Origin: a virus
Taxonomy: Duplodnaviria > Heunggongvirae > Uroviricota > Caudoviricetes
Direction: 5' to 3' (one strand)
IMG/VR virus record: IMGVR_UViG_2690316311_000019
Length of the DNA stretch: 64,000 bases
Part shown: positions 21,046 to 31,139 of the stretch, one piece after another
How the letters are laid out: every line of letters begins with the position of its first letter
Numbering within the stretch: the stretch's first letter is position 1
The notes under the pieces: model-generated
The model's database searches: none
What the model saw: the letters and a program-made list of their open reading frames with translations, nothing else
What the model was told of the DNA's origin: nothing
Made by a program: the position numbers and the translations under genes

Positions 21046-21812
21046 GCGAGATTGACTATCAGGCGCTGCGTGAAGCAGCAGAGAAAGCAACTAAAGGATG
21101 CTACATCGTAGGGCATACATCGGGCAATCAGCATGAGAATATAACAGGAGTTTTTGTTTGTCAAAAATGGAAAGGAGAACCCGGTGGCGTAATTGCAGAA
21201 TGTCATGTTAACTGCCTGGTTGAAACAGATGCTCAGGCTTACGCAAACGCTGAATTTATTGCTGCCTTTAATCCAAATGTTGCGCTGGTGCTTCTGGATG
21301 AACGGGAAAGAAACCAGCAATACATCAAACGCCGCGACCAGGAGAACGAGGAGATTGCGCTTACGGTTGGGAAGCTGCGTGTTGAGCTTGAAGCAGCAGA
21401 GAACAACCTTATTGATAGTGAATGCCATGTTGCTGAACTGGAAGAAGCTCTACGCGATAAGCAGGCGTTACTTGAAGCCTCAGAAAAGCGCAACGCAAAA
21501 TTACAAAGCGAGAATGCATACATCCGCAACCGGTACAAAGAACTGGACCTATTAATCGGGAAAAACATTCTGGTCATGCAGGCTGCCATTATCGAATGGC
21601 AGGCAACTGGCGACGCTAAGAGCGGACTAGCATGGATTTATAACACACTGTTTGGCCCTGGCGAATTACCGGACGAATCTGAGAAAGATGCTCAGGCCTA
21701 CTTTAATCGCAAATATGCACCGATTGACGAAAAGCTTATGGCGCTTCACAAGTGGTTTTGGGAACAAAGTGAAGCCGAGCGCGCCGCTGGCATTCGCATC
21801 AAAGGAGAGTGA
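21042..21812 (+). CDS. Ead/Ea22-like protein, copy 2
   Basis: N-terminus SEIDYQALREAAEKATKG; coiled-coil middle. Confidence 0.5.
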   Translation: MSEIDYQALREAAEKATKGCYIVGHTSGNQHENITGVFVCQKWKGEPGGVIAECHVNCLVETDAQAYANAEFIAAFNPNVALVLLDERERNQQYIKRRDQENEEIALTVGKLRVELEAAENNLIDSECHVAELEEALRDKQALLEASEKRNAKLQSENAYIRNRYKELDLLIGKNILVMQAAIIEWQATGDAKSGLAWIYNTLFGPGELPDESEKDAQAYFNRKYAPIDEKLMALHKWFWEQSEAERAAGIRIKGE

Positions 21813-21813
21813 G

Positions 21814-22329
21814 ATGGCGTTAACACACCGAGAACTCTGTCAGATTGCGTACAAGTTCCTTAAGCGCAACGGGTTCAAGGTTTGCTTTCATGACCGCTTT
21901 ATAGCTGTAACCAGTACCGGAGAACAGCCAGATGCTATGGGATTCAGAAATTCAGCATCATGCCTGATAGAGGCGAAGTGTTCTCGTGCTGACTTGTTGG
22001 CAGATAAAAAAAAGCGTTTCCGTAAAAATCCGTCTCTTGGAATGGGCGACTGGCGATTCTTTATTAGTGAGCCGGGAATTATTTCAATTGAGGATTTACC
22101 ACCTGGCTGGGGATTACTTCACGTTGTTAACGGAAGAGTACGGAAAGTACATGGGTGGCCCAAGGGTAATTGCTGTTGGGGTAACCCTGAAGATAAACCT
22201 TTTATTGGGAATAAGCAGGTTGAATGCGATTACATGTTATCTGCATTAAGGCGCATGGAGTTGAGAGGGCACCTTAATGAAATATATGACGGTGTAATTG
22301 TTAATAAGAAAGAAGGAAACGCGGCATGA
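21814..22329 (+). CDS. Hypothetical protein, possible PD-(D/E)xK nuclease fold
   Basis: PDAMGF...CLIEAKCS motif; internal start chosen by RBS AAGGAGAG. Confidence 0.35.
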   Translation: MALTHRELCQIAYKFLKRNGFKVCFHDRFIAVTSTGEQPDAMGFRNSASCLIEAKCSRADLLADKKKRFRKNPSLGMGDWRFFISEPGIISIEDLPPGWGLLHVVNGRVRKVHGWPKGNCCWGNPEDKPFIGNKQVECDYMLSALRRMELRGHLNEIYDGVIVNKKEGNAA

Positions 22330-23183
22330 TCACTATTACCAAAGAGCGACTGCTGACAATCAAGCAGTGGCGCGAAACATACGGACCTGATAGCAACGTT
22401 GTACTGCCAGCAGAAGAAGCGGAAGAACTGGCGCGTATCGTGCTGGCATCGCTGGAAGCAGAGCCTGTTCTGTATCAGTCCTGCACTCGCCCCACCTGGA
22501 ATAGCGGTGTTCCGTGGACGGAATGGAAAGAACGTAGTCGTGAGTGCTACGAAGACGATTTGCGTTTTACAGACACGCCTGACCATGCCGGTTGGATATA
22601 CAAATGTCGAAAACTATATACCACTCCGCCAGCGCCGATAGCGTTAGAGGCCATTGAAAACGCAATTGAATACATTCGTAGTATCGCTTTTCACATCGAT
22701 GAAGACGATTACCACGGCAAACATATTGCGTATTTCATGCGACAAGCATTGGCCTGGCTGGAAGGGCATTCATGCAGCGACGACAGACTGGGTAAAGCCG
22801 ACAATCAGCCAGCATCTGGCAACCAGGCTGCCGAATCCAATCGCGGTAATGAGTGGACCGGCAATCCTGATATTGATAACGCCATCATCATGCTCGACCG
22901 CATAGATACGCTGGAAAATTGCGATGATGACCGTATTGAGGCTGTTAAGGCTGTTTTGCGTAGACTGGCAGGCAACTCTCCGGTAACTCCGGATGGTTGG
23001 ATAAGCTGTAGTGAGCGAATGCCACCTCAAGATGATTGGATTTTAATTTATTCAAAGCACGGCGAGTATATGGCAGGACAGGTACAAGGGGAATACGTGG
23101 AGTTGAGCGACGGCACTTTATCGTGGTTAGGGAACGCCTTGTTCTGGATGCCGCTACCAGAACCGCCGCAGGAGGCGAAATGA
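22326..23183 (+). CDS. Hypothetical protein
   Basis: 285-aa ORF. Confidence 0.35.
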   Translation: MITITKERLLTIKQWRETYGPDSNVVLPAEEAEELARIVLASLEAEPVLYQSCTRPTWNSGVPWTEWKERSRECYEDDLRFTDTPDHAGWIYKCRKLYTTPPAPIALEAIENAIEYIRSIAFHIDEDDYHGKHIAYFMRQALAWLEGHSCSDDRLGKADNQPASGNQAAESNRGNEWTGNPDIDNAIIMLDRIDTLENCDDDRIEAVKAVLRRLAGNSPVTPDGWISCSERMPPQDDWILIYSKHGEYMAGQVQGEYVELSDGTLSWLGNALFWMPLPEPPQEAK

Positions 23184-23440
23184 TGGATGTAAAAGAGAAG
23201 GTTTTGCAGGTGATGCGTTCCCGGGCTGCCCTGCAAGATAAAGCTCTCGGCGGGGAATATCCATTCAGGATGGCAACCTGGAATCTGCGGTTGGCAATGG
23301 AGAAGGAATTTCCTGATGAAGAATGGCGTTCGGCAGATTTGCGCAAAATTCTTATGGAGCTGGCTAAAGACGGAACAGTATCCAAAGATACCCATGCCAG
23401 CCGGATTGGTCAGGCGGTATGGAGACTGGAGGTGAGGTAA
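23180..23440 (+). CDS. Hypothetical protein
   Basis: 86-aa ORF, ATGA overlap with upstream gene, GGAGG RBS. Confidence 0.35.
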   Translation: MMDVKEKVLQVMRSRAALQDKALGGEYPFRMATWNLRLAMEKEFPDEEWRSADLRKILMELAKDGTVSKDTHASRIGQAVWRLEVR

Positions 23441-23721
23441 TGGCTAACCTGCAACTTGCCGTTAAAGGTGAATACTTCGATGCCATGATTCGCGGGGAGA
23501 AAACGGAAGAGTATCGCCTGTGTAATGACTACTGGAATAAGCGCCTCGTTAACTGTAAGTATGACCGCCTGATTATCACAAAGGGATATCCGAAGCGCGA
23601 AGACTTCAGTCGCAGAATTGACGTCCCGTATAACGGATATGAAATAAAAACAATCACACATCCACACTTCGGTGATAAACCGGTAAAGGTGTTCGCGATA
23701 AAAGTGAAGATTAATAGCTAA
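23440..23721 (+). CDS. Hypothetical protein
   Basis: 93-aa ORF. Confidence 0.35.
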   Translation: MANLQLAVKGEYFDAMIRGEKTEEYRLCNDYWNKRLVNCKYDRLIITKGYPKREDFSRRIDVPYNGYEIKTITHPHFGDKPVKVFAIKVKINS

Positions 23722-23744
23722 ATTTCAATTAACACGGAGTAATT

Positions 23745-24038
23745 ATGTGGCGCGGTAATAATCATGGCGGAAGTCAGATGATACTTACCGAATATACGTT
23801 CGACCACAAAACCAATAAATCACGTTCAGTATATTTGCTTCGGCACAATAGCCGCGTAAGAAATACCGTTCTGGAGCAAAATCTGACCGTTGAAATGGAT
23901 AATTTGGGAAACTTCAAGCCAACAATATCGCTTGATGATTTTCCGTGTGGTTTAAGCGAAAGAGAAGCAATGCTGAAATTAGCAGAATGGCTACAAAGAT
24001 TAAGCATTGCTATTGAAGATAACTGGCCTGAACCTTAA
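23745..24038 (+). CDS. Hypothetical protein
   Basis: 97-aa ORF. Confidence 0.3.
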   Translation: MWRGNNHGGSQMILTEYTFDHKTNKSRSVYLLRHNSRVRNTVLEQNLTVEMDNLGNFKPTISLDDFPCGLSEREAMLKLAEWLQRLSIAIEDNWPEP

Positions 24039-24044
24039 ATTAAT

Positions 24045-24419
24045 ATGATGACACTAAAACATTTTCTTGACCGCCCATTATGGGCGGCAGCCGCAGGCTA
24101 TGACTTTAATTATATGGATTGCATGTCTTATACTGCCAATGCATACGACCATTCGTTCAGCCTGCTGTTTAATTCTTTAAGAATATTGCCGGAAACAGAA
24201 GTTGGAGAGCTTCATTTATGGATATTGGGCTTTATCGCGGCTGGAGTTGGTATTGCCGTATGGCCTTTTATTTTCTGGCTGGTGGCTGTTGTAGTGTGGT
24301 TTAAGTGCAAGACGTACCGGAAAAAGTATTTCTTAGGTGATGGAATGACTGATATTGCCAAAATGAACATTGAAAAATGGACTAAGGAATGTGAAAAGAA
24401 ATGGCGCAAAAAGAAATGA
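24045..24419 (+). CDS. Hypothetical membrane protein
   Basis: Hydrophobic segment LWILGFIAAGVGIAVWPFIFWLVAVVVWF. Confidence 0.35.
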   Translation: MMTLKHFLDRPLWAAAAGYDFNYMDCMSYTANAYDHSFSLLFNSLRILPETEVGELHLWILGFIAAGVGIAVWPFIFWLVAVVVWFKCKTYRKKYFLGDGMTDIAKMNIEKWTKECEKKWRKKK

Positions 24420-25090
24420 CTACTCTAACGACAGCATACTTACAGCAATTGGTATTTTTTGCAGGCGAGGCTACTTGTCATCCTGACGCAAACTATTTAT
24501 TGGAATTTGAGAGGTTAGCGTCACCCGGTATCGTTCTGGAACTGGCCCAACAGGTGCTGGCCTTGAGACAAAAAGAGCAACATGAAAGTAATACGTGTAG
24601 ATTGAATTTTGAGCAGTGGCTGGAACAGCAACGCGGAAAAATCGATGTGGACTGTGGTTGTGTGTCCACTGAAACATTCATGCACTGGCTGCGGGTAGCT
24701 TACGAGGCTGGCAACTATCCGGATATTCCGGATATTCCGGATAGTTCGGTGCCAGCGCCAGGAAAGGGCGTCACAGGTGAACGTATCCGCATTAAGCCGC
24801 ATGTTTATCGCGAACTGGTTAACCGTCTCCACGATACAGCGATCAAGTGTGCAGGCACCCAGCAATTACGAGAAAGAATTAGCCGTGTTTTGGGCGACGT
24901 TATTACGCCAGACCATCATAAACAAGCCGAGAAAAGTGACCTGGAAAGGTGTCACCTTGAGGCGGCATTAAACATTAAGCCGGGGCATACGCTTGGCATT
25001 ATCGATGCTCTGTTGGTTCATAAGATGGCCAGGGCTTTATTGCCGCTGGTGGCTGAAAAGCATGAGGCGGACCATGCCAACGAAAGCTGA
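24401..25090 (+). CDS. Hypothetical protein
   Basis: 229-aa ORF; contains short in-frame tandem repeat coding PDIPDIPD. Confidence 0.35.
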   Translation: MAQKEMTTLTTAYLQQLVFFAGEATCHPDANYLLEFERLASPGIVLELAQQVLALRQKEQHESNTCRLNFEQWLEQQRGKIDVDCGCVSTETFMHWLRVAYEAGNYPDIPDIPDSSVPAPGKGVTGERIRIKPHVYRELVNRLHDTAIKCAGTQQLRERISRVLGDVITPDHHKQAEKSDLERCHLEAALNIKPGHTLGIIDALLVHKMARALLPLVAEKHEADHANES

Positions 25091-25358
25091 GTTACAGGCG
25101 CGCATAGATATTCTTGAAAAAGAGAATGCGAGTCTAAAAGGAATGCTGGCGCGGGCGGAAAGGGAATTATCAGGCAAATTATTGCCAGAAGAGCTGCCAC
25201 CAGCAGATATACCTGATCGAGTGTCCTGGTGGATGAAGTATTTCCGTGCACCGTGGGAGGCGTTTTGGTGCTACGACCATCGCAGATGGTGTGATGAGCT
25301 TGATAGCAGTTTCCCCTATTTTGCGGAAGGGAACTCTTGCCCTGAATGTAGGAGTTAA
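25074..25358 (+). CDS. Hypothetical zinc-ribbon protein, paralog 1
   Basis: C-terminal PWEAFWCYDHRRWCDELDSSFPYFAEGNSCPECR. Confidence 0.35.
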   Translation: MPTKAELQARIDILEKENASLKGMLARAERELSGKLLPEELPPADIPDRVSWWMKYFRAPWEAFWCYDHRRWCDELDSSFPYFAEGNSCPECRS

Positions 25359-25663
25359 TGATGACCGGAGAGCTTTATTTTAAAATGGCACGGGAGCGGC
25401 GTGTGCATCTGGATCGGATATTTCATCTCCAGAAGAGAGTAGAAGAACTGGAACGTCGTCTGAACTGTTATCCTGTTGATATGGTGTCTGCAATACCGCC
25501 GATTCCAATAGAAATGCAGATCCGCCTATGGATGGAAGAATATGGAATGCCGTGGGAGATATTTTTCTGCTTCGACCATAAACAGTGGGTAGATGAGCTG
25601 GATAATAGTTTCCCATATTTCACAGAGAACACATGCCCAGTATGCAGGAAGAACGGAATATGA
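25358..25663 (+). CDS. Hypothetical zinc-ribbon protein, paralog 2
   Basis: C-terminal PWEIFFCFDHKQWVDELDNSFPYFTENTCPVCR. Confidence 0.35.
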   Translation: MMTGELYFKMARERRVHLDRIFHLQKRVEELERRLNCYPVDMVSAIPPIPIEMQIRLWMEEYGMPWEIFFCFDHKQWVDELDNSFPYFTENTCPVCRKNGI

Positions 25664-26184
25664 CAAAATTTGGAAAGCTGGAAGCTCATTTGCTAACTCG
25701 TAACTACCGCCATGATATACACCCATATAGACAGTGGATCGATGAAAGTGAAGGAGTAGTTACATTCCCTCTATACAGGTTTGATGGGATGTTGGCTGGG
25801 TATCAGACATATAGACCAGGTGCTCCTAAGCAGCATAGCAATCCGAAGATGGCCCGGTATTTCACGCGATCACATGGCAGACAGTTACTTTGGGGAACCT
25901 ATCTTCCTTTAAAAGATGGCCCAATATGGATAACTGAGTCTATTTTTAAGAGCGCAGCTGTACACAACGCGGGCGGCAATTCGTGGGCGCTGTTAGGTTC
26001 GACTTTCTCCGCAGGATTACGCCGTCAACTTGCGATGCTGCCGTATGACTTTCGTGTAATAGGTGACAATGATGCGGCTGGTGAATTACTTGTGAAGTCT
26101 TTCGGAAAAGGTTTTGTGGCCCCGGATCTTGACGAGCTACAACCACATGAAGTGTCTCATTTGATTTTTAGCCATAGCCAATAA
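25660..26184 (+). CDS. Hypothetical protein with Toprim-like motif
   Basis: RVIGDNDAAGE motif. Confidence 0.3.
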   Translation: MTKFGKLEAHLLTRNYRHDIHPYRQWIDESEGVVTFPLYRFDGMLAGYQTYRPGAPKQHSNPKMARYFTRSHGRQLLWGTYLPLKDGPIWITESIFKSAAVHNAGGNSWALLGSTFSAGLRRQLAMLPYDFRVIGDNDAAGELLVKSFGKGFVAPDLDELQPHEVSHLIFSHSQ

Positions 26185-26244
26185 GCATCTCTCCCCTTTG
26201 AGGCCACAATTAGTGGCCTTAAACAATGTGTTTTCTACCTCGAT

Positions 26245-26460
26245 TTAGCCTCTATTATCGTTTTGCATTTCTCTAATCCGGTTCAGAACTACTTCATGCT
26301 GGGCTTGGATAGCGGCTTTTTCGTTTTCAAGTCGGGCAATAGACATCTCTAATTCTTTGCTGTACCAGGCGAGTTGGGCCAGGTTCATCCGGTTGTGGTC
26401 GAGAGTTGGAGACACTTCGACGCGATCCCTTTCTTCCTGCTTTAATGAGAAGAGATTCAT
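26245..26460 (-). CDS. Hypothetical protein
   Basis: 71-aa ORF. Confidence 0.3.
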   Translation of the reverse strand: MNLFSLKQEERDRVEVSPTLDHNRMNLAQLAWYSKELEMSIARLENEKAAIQAQHEVVLNRIREMQNDNRG

Positions 26461-26490
26461 CTCATCCCTTGAGGAAAATTCAGCAACAAT

Positions 26491-26826
26491 TTATTGTTGA
26501 TGATCCGGTCGCTGCGGCATCCTCGCCAGTATAAATGGCGGTTCTTTTGAAAACATGAATGTCGGTTCAGACCGTGTTTTTACCCAGCTTGCCTGCTGTC
26601 TTTCGGCAAGTTCACAGGCTTCATCATAGTTATTTGCCAAACCAAGCACGGATGGACGGTCCCACGCGCCACCATTCAGACAATAAACAACAATTTTCCC
26701 GTCATGTTCTGTAACCCCATAGGGATGGTCCCACCAGGCGTCCAGCTGAGCTTTAGAGCGTCTCTCGTTAGGAGTGCAGTCAAAATTTTTGGGCAATACA
26801 GGATCGAGAGGAATGCGATTAGGCAT
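26491..26826 (-). CDS. Hypothetical protein, divergent from humD across LexA box
   Basis: 111-aa ORF. Confidence 0.35.
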   Translation of the reverse strand: MPNRIPLDPVLPKNFDCTPNERRSKAQLDAWWDHPYGVTEHDGKIVVYCLNGGAWDRPSVLGLANNYDEACELAERQQASWVKTRSEPTFMFSKEPPFILARMPQRPDHQQ

Positions 26827-26961
26827 AGCTAATTCCTTATTAACTGATTGGCAATGAGGTTACGCTGATCCGTTGGTGATGAATAGTAGCAAAGCGCACA
26901 AAATCATCTGCGGTGGTTGATGTACATAACGCGTTTGCACCAAAGGTGTCTCTTTAATGTA

Positions 26962-26981
26962 TACTGTATAAATGAACAGTA
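26962..26981. promoter_or_regulatory. LexA (SOS) box TACTGTATAAATGAACAGTA
   Basis: CTGT-N8-ACAG palindrome about 20 bp upstream of humD start. Confidence 0.75.
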
Positions 26982-27000
26982 TTATTGAGGTGAAAACGCT

Positions 27001-27390
27001 ATGGGCTTCCCTTCTCCTGCGGCGGATTATGTTGAAAGCAGAATTTCTCTTGATCAGCAACTAATCAGGCATCCATCAGCGACCTACTTCATGCGGGCGG
27101 CAGACAGCCATCACCGTGAGGGAATATTGCAGGGTGCTTTGCTGGTGGTTGATTCCTCGCTTACTCCGGTTGATGGTTCGCTGCTTGTCTGCGCTATGGA
27201 GGGTGAATATCGCATAAAGAGATACCGAAAGTATCCGCGCCAGCACCTGGAGGATTTAAGCACCGGGAAGAAAGAGGCGTTACCAGTAGATGACGATGGT
27301 TACACGGGTAGTAATGCTGTTTTTGGTGTGATCACTCATGTCATCAATGATGCCCGATGTGGGGAGTTTGATGATTGTCCGATCATTTAA
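27001..27390 (+). CDS. humD: UmuD-like SOS mutagenesis protein
   Basis: 129 aa, LexA/UmuD peptidase-like fold; LexA box upstream. Confidence 0.75.
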   Translation: MGFPSPAADYVESRISLDQQLIRHPSATYFMRAADSHHREGILQGALLVVDSSLTPVDGSLLVCAMEGEYRIKRYRKYPRQHLEDLSTGKKEALPVDDDGYTGSNAVFGVITHVINDARCGEFDDCPII

Positions 27391-27462
27391 GCTGCAAAGT
27401 GCTGGTGCTTTATGCCTGTGAAGTTTATAATTGTGTACACATAACGAGTACACGAGGTGTTT

Positions 27463-27684
27463 ATGCAATCCATTAACTTCCGTACCGCGCGTGGCAACCT
27501 TTCTGAAGTGCTTAACAATGTTGAAGCCGGGGAAGAGGTTGAAATCACCCGCAGAGGCCGTGAGCCAGCAGTAATTGTCAGCAAGGCTACTTTCGAAGCC
27601 TACAAAAAAGCGGCGCTGGATGCTGAATTTGCATCCCTGTTTGACACCCTGGACTCCACCAACAAGGAACTGGTTAACCGATAA
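27463..27684 (+). CDS. phd: Phd antitoxin
   Basis: 73 aa from [39 protein letters not shown]... Confidence 0.9.
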
Positions 27685-28064
27685 TGAGGCATATATCACC
27701 GGAAGAACTTATTGCGCTTCATGATGCGAATATAAGCCGCTACGGCGGCCTGCCGGGAATGTCAGATCCGGGTAGGGCAGAGGCCATTATCGGGAGAGTT
27801 CAGGCCAGAGTTGCCTACGAAGAGATCACCGACCTTTTCGAAGTCTCCGCCACCTACCTGGTGGCTACGGCGAGAGGGCATATATTCAATGATGCCAATA
27901 AGCGTACCGCGCTAAACAGTGCGCTGTTATTTCTACGCCGTAACGGGGTGCAGGTATTTGATTCACCTGAACTGGCAGACCTTACCGTAGGGGCTGCGAC
28001 TGGCGAGATATCTGTATCTTCTGTCGCCGCCACGTTACGTAGATTGTATGGTTCTGCGGAGTAG
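27684..28064 (+). CDS. doc: Doc toxin (Fic-fold kinase)
   Basis: 126 aa; overlaps phd stop. Confidence 0.9.
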
Positions 28065-28068
28065 ATTA

Positions 28069-28248
28069 ATGGCACGCAAATACAACAAATTGTCCCGTGA
28101 AGCGTTAAAGATGCTTCTTGATGGCGTGAGTCGCCGCGAGGTAAAGCAATACCTGGTTGGTAAGCAAATTAGAGCCAGGACTGCTATTGCTGTGTTATGC
28201 CGTCAGGAAATGGTTGTGCTTAAACAGAGAATGCCGGGCAGCAGATAA
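28069..28248 (+). CDS. Small post-doc protein
   Basis: 59-aa ORF directly downstream of doc. Confidence 0.3.
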   Translation: MARKYNKLSREALKMLLDGVSRREVKQYLVGKQIRARTAIAVLCRQEMVVLKQRMPGSR

Positions 28249-28275
28249 AGCCCAATCAGTGATGAAAGGTGTGAT

Positions 28276-29319
28276 GTGAAAGCCGTAATTACTCCCTTTG
28301 TACAAAAAGAGCTTGGCGTCGCCACATTCAAAGTGGATCAGGAAGTCAGAAAGCTGGTGGAGGCTGGCCGTAAATTTATTATGGAGCCGGTGCCGCGTGA
28401 GTTAATCGAGCACATGGACGACGGCCTCGTTGTTTCCGAGCAAACTATGGCAACAAATGAGGCGTTGCAGCCGTTTTTTAACAGCGATGAACTGTTTCGC
28501 CGTATTGGTGGAATTGACGCGCTGGTGGCGTGGTTGCGCAGGAAAGAGGGGCAATGCCAGGCCGCAGATCGTAGCTGGTGTGACAACCATATTGTCCACG
28601 CAGAACGAGACAATAGCGCGGTGTTGTTGTGCTGGCATCACGATAACCATTACCGGATGCGTGGTTTTAATGAGCTGAAAGAAACGCTGCATAATAATCG
28701 CGTTAACTGGATACTGGATGTCGCCCGTCAGGAAATGGGGCTTTCAGATGGCCATGATTTAAGTATTCAGGAACTGTGCTGGTGGGCTTTCATGCGCAAC
28801 ATGATGCACCTGATGCCGGAAGAAGTTTGCCGCATATCAATAAATAAGATGAAGGCTGCTCCGCAGGATAGCGGACCTTTGAAAGAGGCGGATATTCGCC
28901 CGTACGACGATCGTGCTACAGCATATGTTCAGATGATGGAAGAACGCGCCGCGCCGATGCGTGCAAAAGTATGCCCTGTGGATGTTGACTCCGACCCTGG
29001 CATGGCGCATTTCAAAATACCAAAACTGCAATCGCTAAAATTACCCGAGTACATGGACTTTGTTGCTTCCCGTCCGTGCTGTGGATGTGGAGCTGCGGGA
29101 GCTGGCGCTCGCATTACGCCTTATATCGTTCGTCATAGTCGATTATGCGCGCATGACATTTACGCAATTCCTCTGTGCCAGTCATGCCAGCGTGATATTG
29201 AGCGTGACCGCGATAATTGGGAGAAGACGCACGGCAGGCTGGCGATGCATCAACGATTGTTCTTTGATTACGCGCTTGGAGTCGGCGCTATCACAAGTCA
29301 CTCGTCGAGCGTTAGATAA
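28276..29319 (+). CDS. Hypothetical protein downstream of doc
   Basis: 347-aa ORF. Confidence 0.4.
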   Translation: MKAVITPFVQKELGVATFKVDQEVRKLVEAGRKFIMEPVPRELIEHMDDGLVVSEQTMATNEALQPFFNSDELFRRIGGIDALVAWLRRKEGQCQAADRSWCDNHIVHAERDNSAVLLCWHHDNHYRMRGFNELKETLHNNRVNWILDVARQEMGLSDGHDLSIQELCWWAFMRNMMHLMPEEVCRISINKMKAAPQDSGPLKEADIRPYDDRATAYVQMMEERAAPMRAKVCPVDVDSDPGMAHFKIPKLQSLKLPEYMDFVASRPCCGCGAAGAGARITPYIVRHSRLCAHDIYAIPLCQSCQRDIERDRDNWEKTHGRLAMHQRLFFDYALGVGAITSHSSSVR

Positions 29320-29320
29320 A

Positions 29321-29337
29321 ATTGCTCTAATGTATTG
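29321..29337 (+). promoter_or_regulatory. C1 operator (ATTGCTCTAATGTATTG)
   Basis: 12/17 match to consensus with core ATTGCTCTAAT intact. Confidence 0.55.
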
Positions 29338-29407
29338 CTATTTCTTTAATCGAGGGTATTATATTCCACGTTGATTAGTTGACATGGGCTAATCAGTAGG
29401 TGACAGG

Positions 29408-29860
29408 ATGTTACTTAACTGGCAGGGACGCCACTTCATGGAAATAAATCACTCACGAATAACATCGTACGAGATTGCGGATTACATGATCCGCACTAAA
29501 TCTCTTCTATCAGCGAAAGAACTCGCAGCAATTCTTGAAAAGGAATACCCGCATCTGGATGTCGATAAGCGCGATGTTTATCTGCGCTTAAAGGCTATCG
29601 CTGTGTCTAAGTATTCGTCTGTTTTGATTGATGACAGTACACGCCCACGTAGATTTCAGATCCACTCTCTGAATCCTGAATTCTTTCGCCGTAGCCGCGC
29701 TCCGCGCCGGTTTGATGAAAAACTCCAGAACGAACTCTATATGACGCAGGACGAAAAGGAACGCCGGGAGCACCAGCCTTGGGTAATGGCGCGTCAACTT
29801 TTCAATAAGGTGGCCCGTCAGCACCGTCATTACGGTAATGCCACATCCGCACGTATCTGA
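29408..29860 (+). CDS. lpa: Late promoter activator (alternative start 29438)
   Basis: 150-aa ORF preceded by C1 operator, upstream of pacA. Confidence 0.55.
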   Translation: MLLNWQGRHFMEINHSRITSYEIADYMIRTKSLLSAKELAAILEKEYPHLDVDKRDVYLRLKAIAVSKYSSVLIDDSTRPRRFQIHSLNPEFFRRSRAPRRFDEKLQNELYMTQDEKERREHQPWVMARQLFNKVARQHRHYGNATSARI

Positions 29861-29945
29861 TTGATTGCTTGCCCGTTCCGGGCCTTTTGACATGTGACTT
29901 TCGTTACCCTCGCGTCAAAAAGAGTTTTTACGAAAGGAAGCATAA

Positions 29946-31139
29946 GTGACCTGGGACGATCACAAGAAGAATTTTGCTCGCCTGGCGCGAGATGGTGGTT
30001 ACACCATCGCACAGTATGCCGCCGAGTTTAATCTTAACCCTAATACTGCACGTCGTTATCTCCGTGCCTTCAAAGAAGACACCAGGACAGCGGACAGCCG
30101 CAAGCCAAATAAGCCAGTCAGGAAGCCACTAAAAAGCATGATCATTGATCACTCTAATGATCAACATGCAGGTAATCACATTGCGGCTGAAATAGCGGAA
30201 AAACAAAGGGTTAATGCCGTTGTCAGTGCCGCAGTCGAGAATGCGAAGCGCCAAAATAAGCGCATAAATGATCGTTCTGATGATCATGACGTGATCACCC
30301 GCGCCCACCGGACCTTACGTGATCGCCTGGAACGCGACACCCTGGATGATGATGGTGAACGCTTTGAATTCGAAGCTGGCGATTACCTGATAGATAACGT
30401 TGAAGCGCGGAAGGCCGCGCGCGCTATGTTGCGTCGGTCCGGGGCCGATGTTCTGGAAACCACTCTTCTGGAAAAGTCTCTTTCTCATCTCCTTATGCTG
30501 GAGAACGCCAGGGATACGTGTATTCGTCTGGTGCAGGAAATGCGCGATCAGCAAAAAGACGATGATGAAGGGACTCCGCCTGAATATCGTATCGCGAGCA
30601 TGCTAAACAGCTGTTCCGCGCAGATAAGCAGCCTGATCAACACCATTTACAGCATCCGGAATAACTATCGAAAAGAAAGCCGGGAGGCGGAAAAGCACGC
30701 TTTATCTATGGGGCAAGCTGGCATTGTTAAGCTGGCATACGAACGAAAGCGTGAAAATAACTGGTCAGTGCTGGAAGCAGCTGAATTCATCGAGGCGCAT
30801 GGCGGGAAAGTGCCGCCCCTGATGCTGGAGCAAATCAAAGCCGATCTGCGTGCTCCTAAGACCAATACCGATGATGAGGAAAGGCAAACAGCCGTCGGTG
30901 GCCCTTCTCTTGAAGATCTGGACAAAGTTGCGCGAGAACGGGCCGCCAACCGCCGCGCGGATGCCGCATTGTGGATTGAGCAGCGTAGGGAAGAAATCGC
31001 CGATATCGTTGATACAGGCGGTTATGGAGATGTTGATACTGAAGGTGCATCAAACGACCCATGGCTGGAACAAGACCTGGACGAAGACGAGGAGGAAGAC
31101 GAAGAAGTTACCCGCAAGCTATACGGGGATGATGATTAA
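29946..31139 (+). CDS. pacA: Terminase small subunit / pac-site recognition protein PacA
   Basis: 397 aa; contains pac hexamer clusters; acidic C-terminus. Confidence 0.8.
   Translation: MTWDDHKKNFARLARDGGYTIAQYAAEFNLNPNTARRYLRAFKEDTRTADSRKPNKPVRKPLKSMIIDHSNDQHAGNHIAAEIAEKQRVNAVVSAAVENAKRQNKRINDRSDDHDVITRAHRTLRDRLERDTLDDDGERFEFEAGDYLIDNVEARKAARAMLRRSGADVLETTLLEKSLSHLLMLENARDTCIRLVQEMRDQQKDDDEGTPPEYRIASMLNSCSAQISSLINTIYSIRNNYRKESREAEKHALSMGQAGIVKLAYERKRENNWSVLEAAEFIEAHGGKVPPLMLEQIKADLRAPKTNTDDEERQTAVGGPSLEDLDKVARERAANRRADAALWIEQRREEIADIVDTGGYGDVDTEGASNDPWLEQDLDEDEEEDEEVTRKLYGDDD
30139..30325 (+). other. pac packaging site: two clusters of TGATCA/TGATCG hexamers (each containing a GATC Dam site)
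   Basis: Hexamers at about 30139, 30146, 30158 and 30269, 30281, 30292, 30320. Confidence 0.7.
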
